IMG/VR virus record: IMGVR_UViG_3300047170_000110
Reading direction: 5' to 3' (one strand)
Length of the DNA: 64,000 bases
Source: an uncultured virus (IMG/VR IMGVR_UViG_3300047170_000110)
Taxonomy: Duplodnaviria > Heunggongvirae > Uroviricota > Caudoviricetes
The notes under the pieces are model-generated. The model ran no database searches, was not told the origin of the DNA, and worked only from the letters and a program-made list of their open reading frames with translations. Position 1 is the stretch's first letter, and each line of letters begins with the position of its first letter. The translations under genes were made by a program, and so were the position numbers. Below are positions 36,202 through 46,964 of the stretch, in pieces.

Positions 36202-37088
36202 TTTGGACTCCTTAGTTGGGCAGTTTCAACAGCCTGGTCGAGCAAAGCGTCCAGGTCCGAGAAGGATGGCACCGTTAGGGTCCGAATAAGCCGCCTTTGG
36301 TGTGCAACCCCTTCCACGACTTCCTTATCGTCCGAAGCGTGGATAGCGTCCACCTGGGCCTGGGCCGAGGGCAACGAGGCCGGATACTCGTCAAATGGGT
36401 TATGCGGATTGGGCAGCAGCTCTCCGCAGTAAGTGCCGGGGGGCAAATAGTGGCCGGTAGCGAGGGTCGGGTTTACCACAGGAGGTGGACTCCCCTGCTT
36501 GACTACCGCCTCGGGTGGACAAATCACCCCTTGCGCCTTCAACCCTTCCAAGGTCCGGGTCAAGGTGGCGCGAACGAGCAGGTTCTCGTTGATCGTCAAG
36601 TTCAACAGCCGGGTGGTCTCCCCAAAGTCGGCACGTTGCTTCGACAACCCTCGATACTCTTCCAAGATCCGGTAGCCCGCTGGGCCCAGCCGCCTGCGAG
36701 CGATTTCGATCTGAGCTTCCACCTCCGCGATTTGAGCGAGGGACTTCTCTCTCCACTCGCGCATGTCGGGACGATTACCGATGTTCCCGATCTGGTCGAT
36801 CAATCCACGCAGTTGGTTGATCGGATGTTCCGGAGCCCACGGGCGGAGCCCAGATGTTTTCTCCTCTTCCTCGGTGATGAGAATCTCCGATTCATCCGGA
36901 AGGCCATCCCCATGCCCCGGCTTCTGGTGCTCGCGACCGTAGAATTTGGATCGCTCTCTAACCGCCACGTCGAAGGCGGCCAAGCATCCTACCAAGTAAC
37001 CGGCCAGGATGAAGTCGGGAGTGTTGGATCCATTTTCCAAACTGCGGCAGTTGATTAAATGGCGCAGCTCTTCTTGCAAAGATTTCAT
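36198..37088 (-). CDS. hypothetical phage protein
   Basis: N-terminal LINCRSLENGSNTPDFILAGYL module. Confidence 0.75.
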   Translation of the reverse strand: MKSLQEELRHLINCRSLENGSNTPDFILAGYLVGCLAAFDVAVRERSKFYGREHQKPGHGDGLPDESEILITEEEEKTSGLRPWAPEHPINQLRGLIDQIGNIGNRPDMREWREKSLAQIAEVEAQIEIARRRLGPAGYRILEEYRGLSKQRADFGETTRLLNLTINENLLVRATLTRTLEGLKAQGVICPPEAVVKQGSPPPVVNPTLATGHYLPPGTYCGELLPNPHNPFDEYPASLPSAQAQVDAIHASDDKEVVEGVAHQRRLIRTLTVPSFSDLDALLDQAVETAQLRSPK

Positions 37089-37120
37089 TTGGGCCTCAGT
37101 GTCATGTTAATAGCAGGTGA

Positions 37121-37603
37121 CTAGCATGTGGTCGGGCTCGCCGCAAACACCCAGTCGGGTGCGGTGTCGAGTCGCACACGAGGCAAATCTTTATAGGACA
37201 CCGCTTCCTTCTCCGTTTGGATCTGGAAGTCCACCGGCTTGAGCATTCGCTTGCTCATGATCCGGCTGACTTTTAATCCATCATATCCACGGCGCCATTC
37301 CCACTCATCGTAATCAAAGAGATTTTCTCGGGAGAATGCGATCACCCGCTTCCCCCCATGCTCGACCAGAGACCGGGTGAAGCAGCGGCCATAAAGCAGC
37401 TCCAGCTGAGGAATGGTCAGGATAATCCGGACATCGTAGTCGCGGGGCTCCGGGTCATCTTCCTTCCGGTCTTTCAGTGCCCCGCCGACCAGCCAAACAG
37501 GAGCGCCATATCGGACCGCGAGTCCGTTGGCATTGCGTCGAAAGCGCATTTGGAAACCAGACTGGAGCCATTCTTTTACGGAGTCGGTCGCGTCAGGTCG
37601 CAT
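37121..37603 (-). CDS. putative minimal nucleotidyltransferase
   Basis: VWLVGGAL...RDYDVRI...PVDFQIQ. Confidence 0.65.
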   Translation of the reverse strand: MRPDATDSVKEWLQSGFQMRFRRNANGLAVRYGAPVWLVGGALKDRKEDDPEPRDYDVRIILTIPQLELLYGRCFTRSLVEHGGKRVIAFSRENLFDYDEWEWRRGYDGLKVSRIMSKRMLKPVDFQIQTEKEAVSYKDLPRVRLDTAPDWVFAASPTTC

Positions 37604-37938
37604 CCAAATTCCTTTACCAGATAGGCCAGGACTTTCTCCGGCCGGAACCATTCGCCATGTAGCCGTTCGGTTTGAAACTGCGAGTGGAGTGAAGTTTCCT
37701 GGAGTCGGTCACCCTCCAGAGCGCACAAAAGATCGAGCTTCTCCGCACATCCGGTCTGAAGTTTGGAGATCCGTTTCTTCAGATTGGTCGAGTACCCGAT
37801 CTTCACCGGGCCGCCCGCTCCCCGCTGAAGAAAGTAGACGAAGCATCTGACATCCCCCGGGGCCATCTGGCCGTCAGCGTACCGGTGGTCGCCATCGTCC
37901 AGATAGATCCGGGGGAAATAAATCAGGGGCCTGGGCAT
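37576..37938 (-). CDS. GIY-YIG (T5orf172-like) protein
   Basis: VYFLQ...VKIGYS...RISKLQTG...E..LH..F...RLHGEWF. Confidence 0.85.
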   Translation of the reverse strand: MPRPLIYFPRIYLDDGDHRYADGQMAPGDVRCFVYFLQRGAGGPVKIGYSTNLKKRISKLQTGCAEKLDLLCALEGDRLQETSLHSQFQTERLHGEWFRPEKVLAYLVKEFGCDLTRPTP

Positions 37939-38321
37939 CAGAGGGTCAGGAACTTTTTCACGATCCAGGCGATCCCCAACACCGCCCAAGGTCGAGCCAG
38001 GGATCCGAACATGGTCTGCCAGAACTTCTTTTCCTTATCCAGGGGAGGTGTGGTTTTGAAAAAGTAGGTGATGACGAAGGCGAGTGCGATTGACTGGGAA
38101 ACGGTCATGGCTGCGACGTGAAGGACCGGAACGGTAAACCAGTTCCAGAGCTGCGCCCCCACGTAACCCCCGCTCCAAACCGTAACTGGGAAGAGGAGCA
38201 CGAAGCCCAGAACCTTCCAACCACTCTCTTTCAATTCCCGTACTGCCTTTGCCCGCGCGACCCGTTCTTCCAATGTCTTGCTCGTTTCCATACTATCCTC
38301 CAAAGTTTTGAATGTATCCAT
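37938..38321 (-). CDS. membrane protein
   Basis: Three hydrophobic segments. Confidence 0.65.
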   Translation of the reverse strand: MDTFKTLEDSMETSKTLEERVARAKAVRELKESGWKVLGFVLLFPVTVWSGGYVGAQLWNWFTVPVLHVAAMTVSQSIALAFVITYFFKTTPPLDKEKKFWQTMFGSLARPWAVLGIAWIVKKFLTL

Positions 38322-38541
38322 CAGTCGATCATGCTTTCTCGGATGGCCGTGCAGACCTTGTTCAGGTCCCACGCGCCCTCCCATCGGTCTCGGCAAGCCT
38401 GGAAGAGATTATCCAGATCCTGGATCGTCCCCCATTCTTCTTCAACCTTCCCGCCCACAAGGCTGATCTCAGTCCGGACAATCGTATCGACCAAGACTCC
38501 TACCCGGTCGGGGCGCTTCTCTAACGAGAATTTGATTTCGC

Positions 38542-39084
38542 TCATTCTTCACCATCCTTTCCCGCCGCTGCCCAAATGAAAAGGCCCAGGCAGATCACGA
38601 CGATCGCGAAAGTCCAGAACCAGAAATGGCTCGCGGGCCTTTGCACCGGGACCTGTGGGACTTGTGCGTACCCGTTTTGTTGTACAGGCTGCCCCGGATC
38701 GACTGGCGCGAGCTGCCCGGCCTGTCCCGGTTGGCCGGGCTGTCCCTGTACGACCACGACCTGGGGCTGGCGCGGCTGCGTGACGACCTCCCAGAACATG
38801 AGCTGTGAAAGGAAGGAGGGTCCGGTGTCCCGAACGATCGTCGTGTTGTGATACACGGTCGTGGGTGGGGCGACATAGACTGGGGCTGGAGCCGCATTCC
38901 TTCGAACGATCGGCGCAGAGCGGGAGCTACCCGAGTAGGAAGAACGACTTCCCCCAAAGCTGCTGGAAGAGCTGGAGCGTGAACTGCCCGAGTAACTGCT
39001 TCGAGATCCCCCGAAACCCGCCTGGGCCCAATCCCCTGCCAACAGTCCCAAAGCCAACAAGCCTGCCAGTGCCCAGATCTTCAC
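38542..39084 (-). CDS. exported Ser/Gly-rich protein with C-terminal TM anchor
   Basis: GGAGG RBS plus GTG; signal peptide ending AQA; duplicated FGGSRSSYSGSSRS. Confidence 0.7.
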   Translation of the reverse strand: MKIWALAGLLALGLLAGDWAQAGFGGSRSSYSGSSRSSSSSSFGGSRSSYSGSSRSAPIVRRNAAPAPVYVAPPTTVYHNTTIVRDTGPSFLSQLMFWEVVTQPRQPQVVVVQGQPGQPGQAGQLAPVDPGQPVQQNGYAQVPQVPVQRPASHFWFWTFAIVVICLGLFIWAAAGKDGEE

Positions 39085-39220
39085 GTGCTTCCTCCCAGTT
39101 GAAATGTTCGGGAGCGTTTTACTAATTTGAATTAATTTTAATTTGACTAGATGCAACGAGGATTGACGCTTGGGAAAAACCTGCGACACTCGCCTCTCAA
39201 CCTATTGGATCGAGAGGATC

Positions 39221-40222
39221 ATGATGAAACCATTTTGGACCGTATTGGCCCTGCTTCCCCTATTGCTTTCCCTTTCCGCAAACGCAACCCCTCCCAAGAA
39301 ACACATGACCCCGGAAGAAGTCCGAAAGGAATTCTCCGAGCCGGGTCACATCCCCCAAAGTCCCACCCTTCACCCTTTCTATCAGCCGCTCAACGACATC
39401 ATCCCTAAAACCAAGCAACAGAGGATCGATGCTCGCAAGCGTGGCCGATTGATGCGAAAGGAATCGCTGAAGGGTAAACCGCATACGAGTCTCTGGGACC
39501 ACCTGTTCCCGTCCGCCTATGCGTTTGGCCGCCATCCAGATCCAGCCCCAACAGTCGCGCCATCCGCTATTCCTGCGCCTCTCGTATCCTCCAGCCCCTC
39601 TCCCCTCCCGACAGTCGGATCGGGCGCAGTGGACTTCCGCTCTTGCGATACCCCGATTAAAACCCAGCTGACTCCACGATGCACGGCTTTCGCCGCTACC
39701 GCCGCGATGGAGAACTCAGTCTGCAATCAGGTTTCGCTCGCGCCCGATCATCTCTGGAGATTCTACGAGATCTACTCGATCGATTCTGCGATCCCCGCGA
39801 CGCTCAATCTCATCACGACCGCAGCCGAATGGCCCCCCAATGGAAATCCGGTCACGGGCTACCAGGCTTTCGCCAAGACCCATACGGTCACATACACCGA
39901 ACTGGATGACCAGGATGCGGCCGTCGTGGCACTTCAGGCAGGTCATCGAGTCGTCTGGGGTGGGACGGTTCCACAGGACATGGCCTCCGGCCGTGCGACC
40001 ATCCGGTACACGACGGGCGCGACATCCGGAGGCCACTCGATCGAAGTGGTGGGTTACCAACCGGACTCGACCATCCAGGGCGGTGGCTACTTCATTCTAA
40101 AGAACAGCTGGGGGACGGACAACGGAGACAACGGGTACCAGTATTACCCGCTCGGTCTTTGTGACAAGGCCGGTTTCTATTGCGCGTTTTATTCCCTCAA
40201 TTCGGTAAAGGTAGATCCATAA
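39221..40222 (+). CDS. secreted papain-like (C1) cysteine peptidase
   Basis: Signal peptide; Q...CTAFA, GGHSIEVVGY, KNSWG. Confidence 0.88.
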   Translation: MMKPFWTVLALLPLLLSLSANATPPKKHMTPEEVRKEFSEPGHIPQSPTLHPFYQPLNDIIPKTKQQRIDARKRGRLMRKESLKGKPHTSLWDHLFPSAYAFGRHPDPAPTVAPSAIPAPLVSSSPSPLPTVGSGAVDFRSCDTPIKTQLTPRCTAFAATAAMENSVCNQVSLAPDHLWRFYEIYSIDSAIPATLNLITTAAEWPPNGNPVTGYQAFAKTHTVTYTELDDQDAAVVALQAGHRVVWGGTVPQDMASGRATIRYTTGATSGGHSIEVVGYQPDSTIQGGGYFILKNSWGTDNGDNGYQYYPLGLCDKAGFYCAFYSLNSVKVDP

Positions 40223-40232
40223 GGGAGATGGC

Positions 40233-41232
40233 ATGAAAACAGTCAAGCTGAGGAACCAGTCCACCGATACGATCCGGGCGAAAATCAAGGAGCTGTCCCA
40301 CGGGGGGCTGACCCGGACGAAACCGAAGCATGCTCGTTTGGGACGGAGGGAAGATCACAGCACGTATTTCTCCCACCTGATTGCAGAGATGCAGGTGAGA
40401 GACCCGAGGAACTTCCCCGCTCCCGCTCCGAAGCCTCCTCGGACTTTCGTCAAGACCGCCGCGATCGTTCGCCCAGTCATCGCGAAGGTTGCGACGAAGG
40501 CGGTCGCCACGCCCGTTCAACCCGTTGTCCCGAAGGTCTAAGGCTTGGCTGCGTTCGCCGATCCGTACAACAACTGTGACCAGACTGTCCCGACTTGGAA
40601 TCACGTGTGGGACACTTGGAACTCGACCGGGGTCCAGTCGTATTCAACCGTCACGATCCGGATCCGTCCGCAGAACAATCGGTTCTTCGTCAACGGCTGT
40701 GGGTTCGCTGATCCCGTAGCCTTCCGTCTCTACTGGAATGAATGTTGGGATCGGTCCGGATGGGAGAGGCAACTCGCCCTCCGGCCGATTCCCCGTCAGA
40801 TCTTGAAACGAACCGGGAAGGCGAGACGACCGCTCGCTCACCTTCAACGACAGCAGAACAAGCGCAGGTTTTTCGTCCAGCGGATCCGGAGGGAAGTTGG
40901 ACAAGTGTAAGCCCTGGCCTAAAGGTCAGAAGTTCCGGAAGGGCCGGATCTACCACTTCTACCAGCGGGCGCGTTACAACCACATGCTCTACACCTGCCT
41001 TCTGGAAGTCGAGTTCCAGGGGATGACCGAATGGGGGGCCTTCTGGACAGTCAGTGGGGTCAACCTCTCGGGGCGTTGCTTCTGGAGTGACAAGAAGGAC
41101 AAGCCGGGCAAACGGTTCTCCATCGTCTACATTTCTTCTAGTGCTGATTGGTCCGACTCCTGCGCTACCGAAGGTGCAATTTTCCTGGGTGAGCACCCAA
41201 AGCTCAAGCAACGAATTACTAAACAAATATAG
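40233..41232 (+). other. three small hypothetical CDS (40233-40541, 40545-40910, 40897-41232)
   Basis: Tightly packed co-oriented ORFs. Confidence 0.6.
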
Positions 41233-41245
41233 GATATATTATAAA

Positions 41246-41653
41246 ATGGCTCTCGAAACACTCAAAGGCGTAAAGAAGCTCGGCGAATTCAACGTGGTGG
41301 ATATGGATGCGATCCGTACGGAACGCCCGGACATGTTCCGGCCCGACGGCTCCATGCACTACCACATGTTCGAAAAGGAAATCCGTCCCACCAACTTCGT
41401 CTACGTCCGCCACGACGTGAACTCCTTGTCCTTCACCCTCCAGCGGGGTCCGGTGAAAGAGAACGGGGTGAACGGTTGCCAGGTCGATACGGTGATCGAA
41501 GCGGCCAAGAAGATGCTCGAAGGCTTGAACAGCCAGTTCCCCTGCCCGGAGAACTCGCTTGCCATCACCCATCTGGACGACGCACTCGATTGGCTGGAGC
41601 AGCGCAAGAAGGATCGGGAAGCCCGCAACGTCGAAGGCCAGTCGAAAGCCTGA
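41246..41653 (+). CDS. Tad1-like anti-defence sponge protein
   Basis: Q.GPVKENGVNG...F.C.EN.LAIT.L..AL.WL..R..DRE.R.VEG matches the recalled Tad1 consensus. Confidence 0.8.
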   Translation: MALETLKGVKKLGEFNVVDMDAIRTERPDMFRPDGSMHYHMFEKEIRPTNFVYVRHDVNSLSFTLQRGPVKENGVNGCQVDTVIEAAKKMLEGLNSQFPCPENSLAITHLDDALDWLEQRKKDREARNVEGQSKA

Positions 41654-41675
41654 TCGGTAATTGGAGGAGATGACA

Positions 41676-43199
41676 ATGAAAAAAGAAAGCTATCGCAGTA
41701 TTCTGAATCAGATGTTTGACAACGTGAAAATCTCGATTAAGAGAGCAAACAAAACCCAAACATGGCTCCTTCGGCCAAAGCACAGCTTTGATCCCGCACA
41801 ATCTGGACCCGGCAATTGGGTGATCTGCGTATATGAATCAAAAGTGGGGGCCAAAGTGACGAAGAGATGGAACCGGGTGACTCTCACCAAGCTCGGAACT
41901 AAGCCCAGCAAAAAGCCCGTGATCGCGCCGCCCAGGTATGTGCTGAAGGATCTCCCCCGGTTTACCTGAACGGGTCTCAAACCTGACCCCAATCCGGTAA
42001 ACTCTCCTGTAAGCAAACGCCTTGCAGGAGGGCAGGGGTGTGAAATGCAAAAACTTGCTGTGTCCCAACGAAGCTCTCGTGCTCGGGCAGGTCTACTGCT
42101 CCCGCGAGTGCGCACCCTACGGACACCTGGTGGACGGACATCGGTCGGCCGCTCGGGTTCAGGAGATCGCCACGCCCTACACGTTTCGGACGTGCCGCTG
42201 CGGGAACCCGTTCCGGACCAAGACCGCCCGGTTGGTCTGCCCGACCTGCTTGCACCGGTTGGAGCTGGAAGAGGCCGAGATCCGTAAGAAGCGGTCGTAC
42301 CGAAAGAGCGAAAAGAAAGCCGTTGTTCGGGCCTGTCCGGTTCGGTACGAGGCTTTCAAAGGGGCGGAGCACAACCGGCCCTCGGCTAAAAAGAAGAAAG
42401 GCTGAGCAGATGAGCGGTGGTTGGGATCTGGAACGCAGGGCTCTCCTTCAATCCGAAACAGGCATGCTCGCCTGGATGAACGGGATGGTCTATCGTGGCC
42501 TGGATTTCCTCTGCGCTCGATTCATCGGGGATAAGATCGTCGTGTGGCGCGGACCCCAACGGGCCAGCTTTGATGGAACCACCCCGCATAACAACGGACC
42601 TAAAGTATTTGACGGGACGAAGTGTGCGCCCTACCGGGAGTACGAGCACGTCGCCGCTCTCCCGGGCGATCCGGCGATCAAAGAATTTATCCAGAAGCAT
42701 CCCTACCCGAAAGGCAGATGATATGGTTGGAGGCAAAGTGGTTCAAGTCTACCTCGTCCCCGAACGTCCCGGCGTCGCCTGGATTAACACCTACTGCGAT
42801 CGGGAAGACGGCTACTGCGCGATCCTGGCGGAGGTGGAAGACCACGAGGTGCAGCTAGGCGACACCCTTTGGTGGCAAGCCGGGAAAGCCCACTGGACCT
42901 CCGGGAGTTTACCGGTCCGAGCCGTCACGCTCAAGAAGATCGGCTGCTCGGGCGTCAACCATCCGCTCGGCAAGCAGTACGAGATCCGGTCAGACTTCAA
43001 GCCGATGTACCAGAGAAAGAAAGAGCAATTTAAGAAGCTAGGCAACGCGGTCTGGGATGTGCTGATTGCGCACCACTCGGAAGGACCCCAGCCGATTTCA
43101 AGCCCTCAGCTGCATGAGCTTCAACAAGTCGCTATCGATACCGGATTGATCCCCGTTGCCCCTGGGATCTCAGGCACATTTGAAGTGAGGACAAGATGA
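41676..43199 (+). other. cluster of four small hypothetical CDS (41676-41969, ~42040-42405 Zn-finger, 42410-42721, 42723-43199)
   Basis: Co-oriented, closely spaced ORFs. Confidence 0.6.
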
Positions 43200-44458
43200 A
43201 ACCCAAAGCAGTCATTTTCGATTTGGACAGCACGCTCTTCAACGCCGACCACCGGCTTCACCTGATTCAAAACGAACCGAAGGACTGGCCCGAGTTCTTC
43301 CGCCGGGCGGCCCACGACACGGCGAATCTATGGTGCTACTCGATCCTGAAGGACCTACGTGCGGAGGGGATCGTGCCCTTGTTCGTCACGGGCCGGAACG
43401 AAGGGGACTTCGAGATGACCCGCAAGTCGCTGGAGGAGCACACCGGCTCGATCGCGGTCCTGAATCAGAACCTCTTCATGCGCAGCCTGTCTGACCGGCG
43501 GAAAGATACGGAGATCAAGCGCGAGATCTATCAGAAGCAGATCAAGCCCCACTACGACGTGGTGCTGGCGATCGACGATCGCAAACGGATCGTCCAGATG
43601 TGGCGGGAGGAAGGGATCTTGGCCCTTCACTGCTCGGACTGGGAAGAGAGCGAGCACGGCCAGCAGCACGACAAAGAGGCGGACAAGCATTTCCAACCCC
43701 CACAAGGTCTGAATGCCAATTTGGATAAGACCCAAGAACTCTGTGGTCAAATCCGTGAAGCGGCTAAATCCTGGGAGCCCCGCCAACCTGAAGAACAGGA
43801 ACGCTGGCCCCACGTCGAACGCGTCCTGAAGGGAGTGCTGGAGAACCTGAAAGCCCAAGGGATCATCCAACCGCCCAACCAGTTTGAAGTGGAGGTCGAG
43901 CAGGACAAGACCGATCCGACCCTCTTTCACTTCTCAGCCAAAGTCCCGCGCGAGATGGCCGACACGATGAATCGGTTGTTCGCCCCGCTCGGCCTCCTGA
44001 TGGGCAACCCACCCCTTCAGGAGCAGGAAGTGTCTCGTGCGGCCCGCGTGGCTTTCGGTAAGCTCTCTATCCCCTCTTGCCAGGTGGCGGGTTGCCAGGA
44101 ACCCTACGCCCAAACGGTCAAGACCTACATGCCCGGAACTCCCCTGTCCGACGTGCTGGGCGCGGAAGCCTCCTGCCTGCACGTGGCGGTCTGTCAGCAT
44201 CACCTGGATCAGTACGCGAAGGATACGAGTCGATCGATCCCGATTGGGCCGCTCACCCCCTTGGAAGAGATCAAGGCCAAGTGGCATCGCTGCTGGGTGG
44301 ACCTATGTCACAACACGCCCGTGCATGTCCTGCGGGCTCAGATGACCCCGGAAGGCAAAGACTCGGAGCTGGCAGTCTGCGATCCTCATTACCATGATTT
44401 CCTCAGCTACGGCCGCCTCTCGATGAGCTGCGAGAAAGAAGCGGATGCGGGGCTCTAA
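43196..44458 (+). CDS. PseT-like HAD phosphatase domain fused to a Cys/His-rich C-terminal region
   Basis: FDLDSTL, VTGR, LFMR...DRRKDTEIK, IDDR. Confidence 0.8.
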   Translation: MKPKAVIFDLDSTLFNADHRLHLIQNEPKDWPEFFRRAAHDTANLWCYSILKDLRAEGIVPLFVTGRNEGDFEMTRKSLEEHTGSIAVLNQNLFMRSLSDRRKDTEIKREIYQKQIKPHYDVVLAIDDRKRIVQMWREEGILALHCSDWEESEHGQQHDKEADKHFQPPQGLNANLDKTQELCGQIREAAKSWEPRQPEEQERWPHVERVLKGVLENLKAQGIIQPPNQFEVEVEQDKTDPTLFHFSAKVPREMADTMNRLFAPLGLLMGNPPLQEQEVSRAARVAFGKLSIPSCQVAGCQEPYAQTVKTYMPGTPLSDVLGAEASCLHVAVCQHHLDQYAKDTSRSIPIGPLTPLEEIKAKWHRCWVDLCHNTPVHVLRAQMTPEGKDSELAVCDPHYHDFLSYGRLSMSCEKEADAGL

Positions 44459-46964
44459 ACGGCGCCGCAAAAAGCAGGCGCGGAAGCGGAACGCGAAGCT
44501 CTGGCGGCTCTGGATGTCATCCGGCCACGTGGGGCGTTTCCGAGGCGACCTCATCATCACGGATGGATTCGGACAACATCCGCCCATCCCAAGCAGTATC
44601 CGGGAATCGATCGAAAATGACCACCAGATCGCGGAAGAGATGGAGCAGCTTCAGGTGGACAATGAAGACCCCACCCCCAGTCATTATGAACAGGGGATCG
44701 CCGAGACGATGGCGATCGAGGACGCCCACTTGGTGGCGGCAGCCGCGCTTTCTGCTCCTTCCGATCCAACCCAATTCAATACCCTCACACCCAAAAGCTT
44801 CAACGCTTTCTGCGATGAGATCAAAGCCGGGTGGGAACCGAAATGAATGCCCGCCAACGCAAGAAGCACCAGAAGAAACAAGTCCTCCGACTCTGCCGCA
44901 ACCTGGGCTTGGAGATCGCCCGCTCCCGCAACCATCCTCGCACGTTCCTCTCGATGGGCGCGGTCGTCCTCCACACCTACACGCCCCATCAGCTCTCCAA
45001 AGAGGAACTGGCCCGCGTGATTACCGACCTGCGCGAAGGCCGGGGGATGAGTTCCCACGACCTCCAGTTCGACCCCACCCTCATGGTCTCCGGCACGCTC
45101 GTCGGACCGGAACACTTCGACCCCTCCCCGGGCGCAAACCGAGTCGCCCAAGCGGGAGCGGATCTGCTGGAGAGCTACCTGAAACAACCCGTCCGTAAAC
45201 CTAAGGAAGATACAAAATGAACTATGAATTCAAAGTGTTGAACGCCTCCCACCTGTACTACTCGGCCCCCTACGGGATGGCCCAGTCGATCATCCTGGCT
45301 TGCCATAAGCACCGGGTGAAGATCATGCCCATCCCGGTCTGGGGGGAAAGCCCCCGGCTGAGCCTGGAGGGAAGGCCTGAGGAGGTCTTCAAGACGGCGG
45401 CGAAGCTGAACTTCGAGTTCGGGCTACGCCTCGAACTTCTCGGCAGCCCGCTCCCGGAGGATATCGAGCGGTACCGAACGGCTGCCCTTCGCGAGCTGCA
45501 TGAAGAGTACGGGATCCCGACCGGCGGGAGGGAGCGGATGGAGCTTGAGGTGAATGAAGAGTCCCGAGCCGCTGTAGGGCAAAAGGGAATTACATGAGTG
45601 TAGGACGCATCCCGTCCTGTGAACCGGAGATCAATTTCTCCGCCCGCCGGTGTGGTGTCTGCCTCCCCGATAAGCCCTGCAACTCGGAGGGCTGCCGGGA
45701 CGCAGCCGATGCGCGGGCGGCAAAAAAGCAAGCGCAAGAACTCAAGAAGAGGAAGGGCGGGATGCCTGACCTGCGCGGGATCCTCACCTACTGGCCCGCC
45801 TACCTGATCGCCTTCTGGCTCACCTTCGCCTGCATCTTGATGCTTGCCGCCAGCGGACTTCATGCTATGAGACTGCTCTGACACGCGATGGACCTGGATA
45901 CCGATAAGATTATCAAACTGCTCAACCTCTCTTCCTCCGATTCGGATGGGGAAGCGCTGAGCGCGATCCGGGCGGCCAACCGGATGCTCGGAGAAAAGAA
46001 CGTCCGCTGGAGCCGGGACTTGTTCGGAACCCCCGTGTTCAGCGCTTCCCGAATCGCCGAGATGGATAACCTGCGGTCCCGCGTCCGCTCCCTCCAATAC
46101 CAACTGGATCAATCCCGCGCGGAAACATCCCGTCTGCACAACCAACTGGAAGCGCTCCGGTCCCAAGCGAAAGCTGAACCGAAAAAAGAAGTGGAGATCG
46201 CCGAAATGCTCCGGCTCTGCCTGGAGAAAGAACCGGCAAACCCCTTCTTCCTCTCCCTCAATACCTTCTACCAAGATAAGAAATACCTCACGGTCAACCA
46301 ACGGGAAGCGCTCCGCCGGAACTACTGGGGATGGTTTTGACATTGCCTATAGATTACAAGTATTTATACTTAGCCGGGTGGTCGGGCGGATAGGGTTTGG
46401 AGCCGAGCATTTTGACGCAAGGAGACGAGCATGAAAGGGAAGAAGGTTCCGGTTCGGTGCGAGTGTGGGAAGCGGTTCTATACGGCGACTCAGAAGACGA
46501 GGTGCCGGGCGTGTACGGCCCGCCAGTCCGTCTCGCCCGCACAGCTGGAGGCGGCACGCCTGACGCTCTTGCAACACGGTCGGGTGAAGGGGGATGTGCC
46601 GCGTGAGTTCCTGATCGAGAGCCAGACGGAGTGGCGAACGCGCGATGTCGTGCAGGCACTCATCTCCCATGGCTATCGGGTGGAACGGTTCAAACGGGTG
46701 GGGGGCCGGACCTACCTGCTCGCACTCCACTGGACCTACCGGTCCGAGGCCGGGACGGTCACGCTTGAGACTCACCTGCTGCTTGACATCCACGACCGCA
46801 AAGGCCAGCTGTCCAAGCGAGAAATTCTCAGGGCCGGACAGGAGGGGTGGGAGATCATCTCGCTCCGCACACCGGTCGATCAACCGGTTCCGGTCCGACT
46901 CGTGCTCGATGCGCTCGGACTCAAGACCTGGGCGACCGACACCTCAAACACACCGTCAGGGTGA
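44445..46964 (+). other. run of hypothetical CDS (44445-44846, 44843-45220, 45217-45597, 45594-45881, 45888-46340, 46431-46964)
   Basis: Mostly ATGA-coupled ORFs. Confidence 0.65.

Noticed and set aside
45270..46343. 357-aa minus-strand ORF and similar long antisense ORFs
   Set aside because: Antisense to well-coupled plus-strand genes; typical high-GC shadow frames with no motifs.
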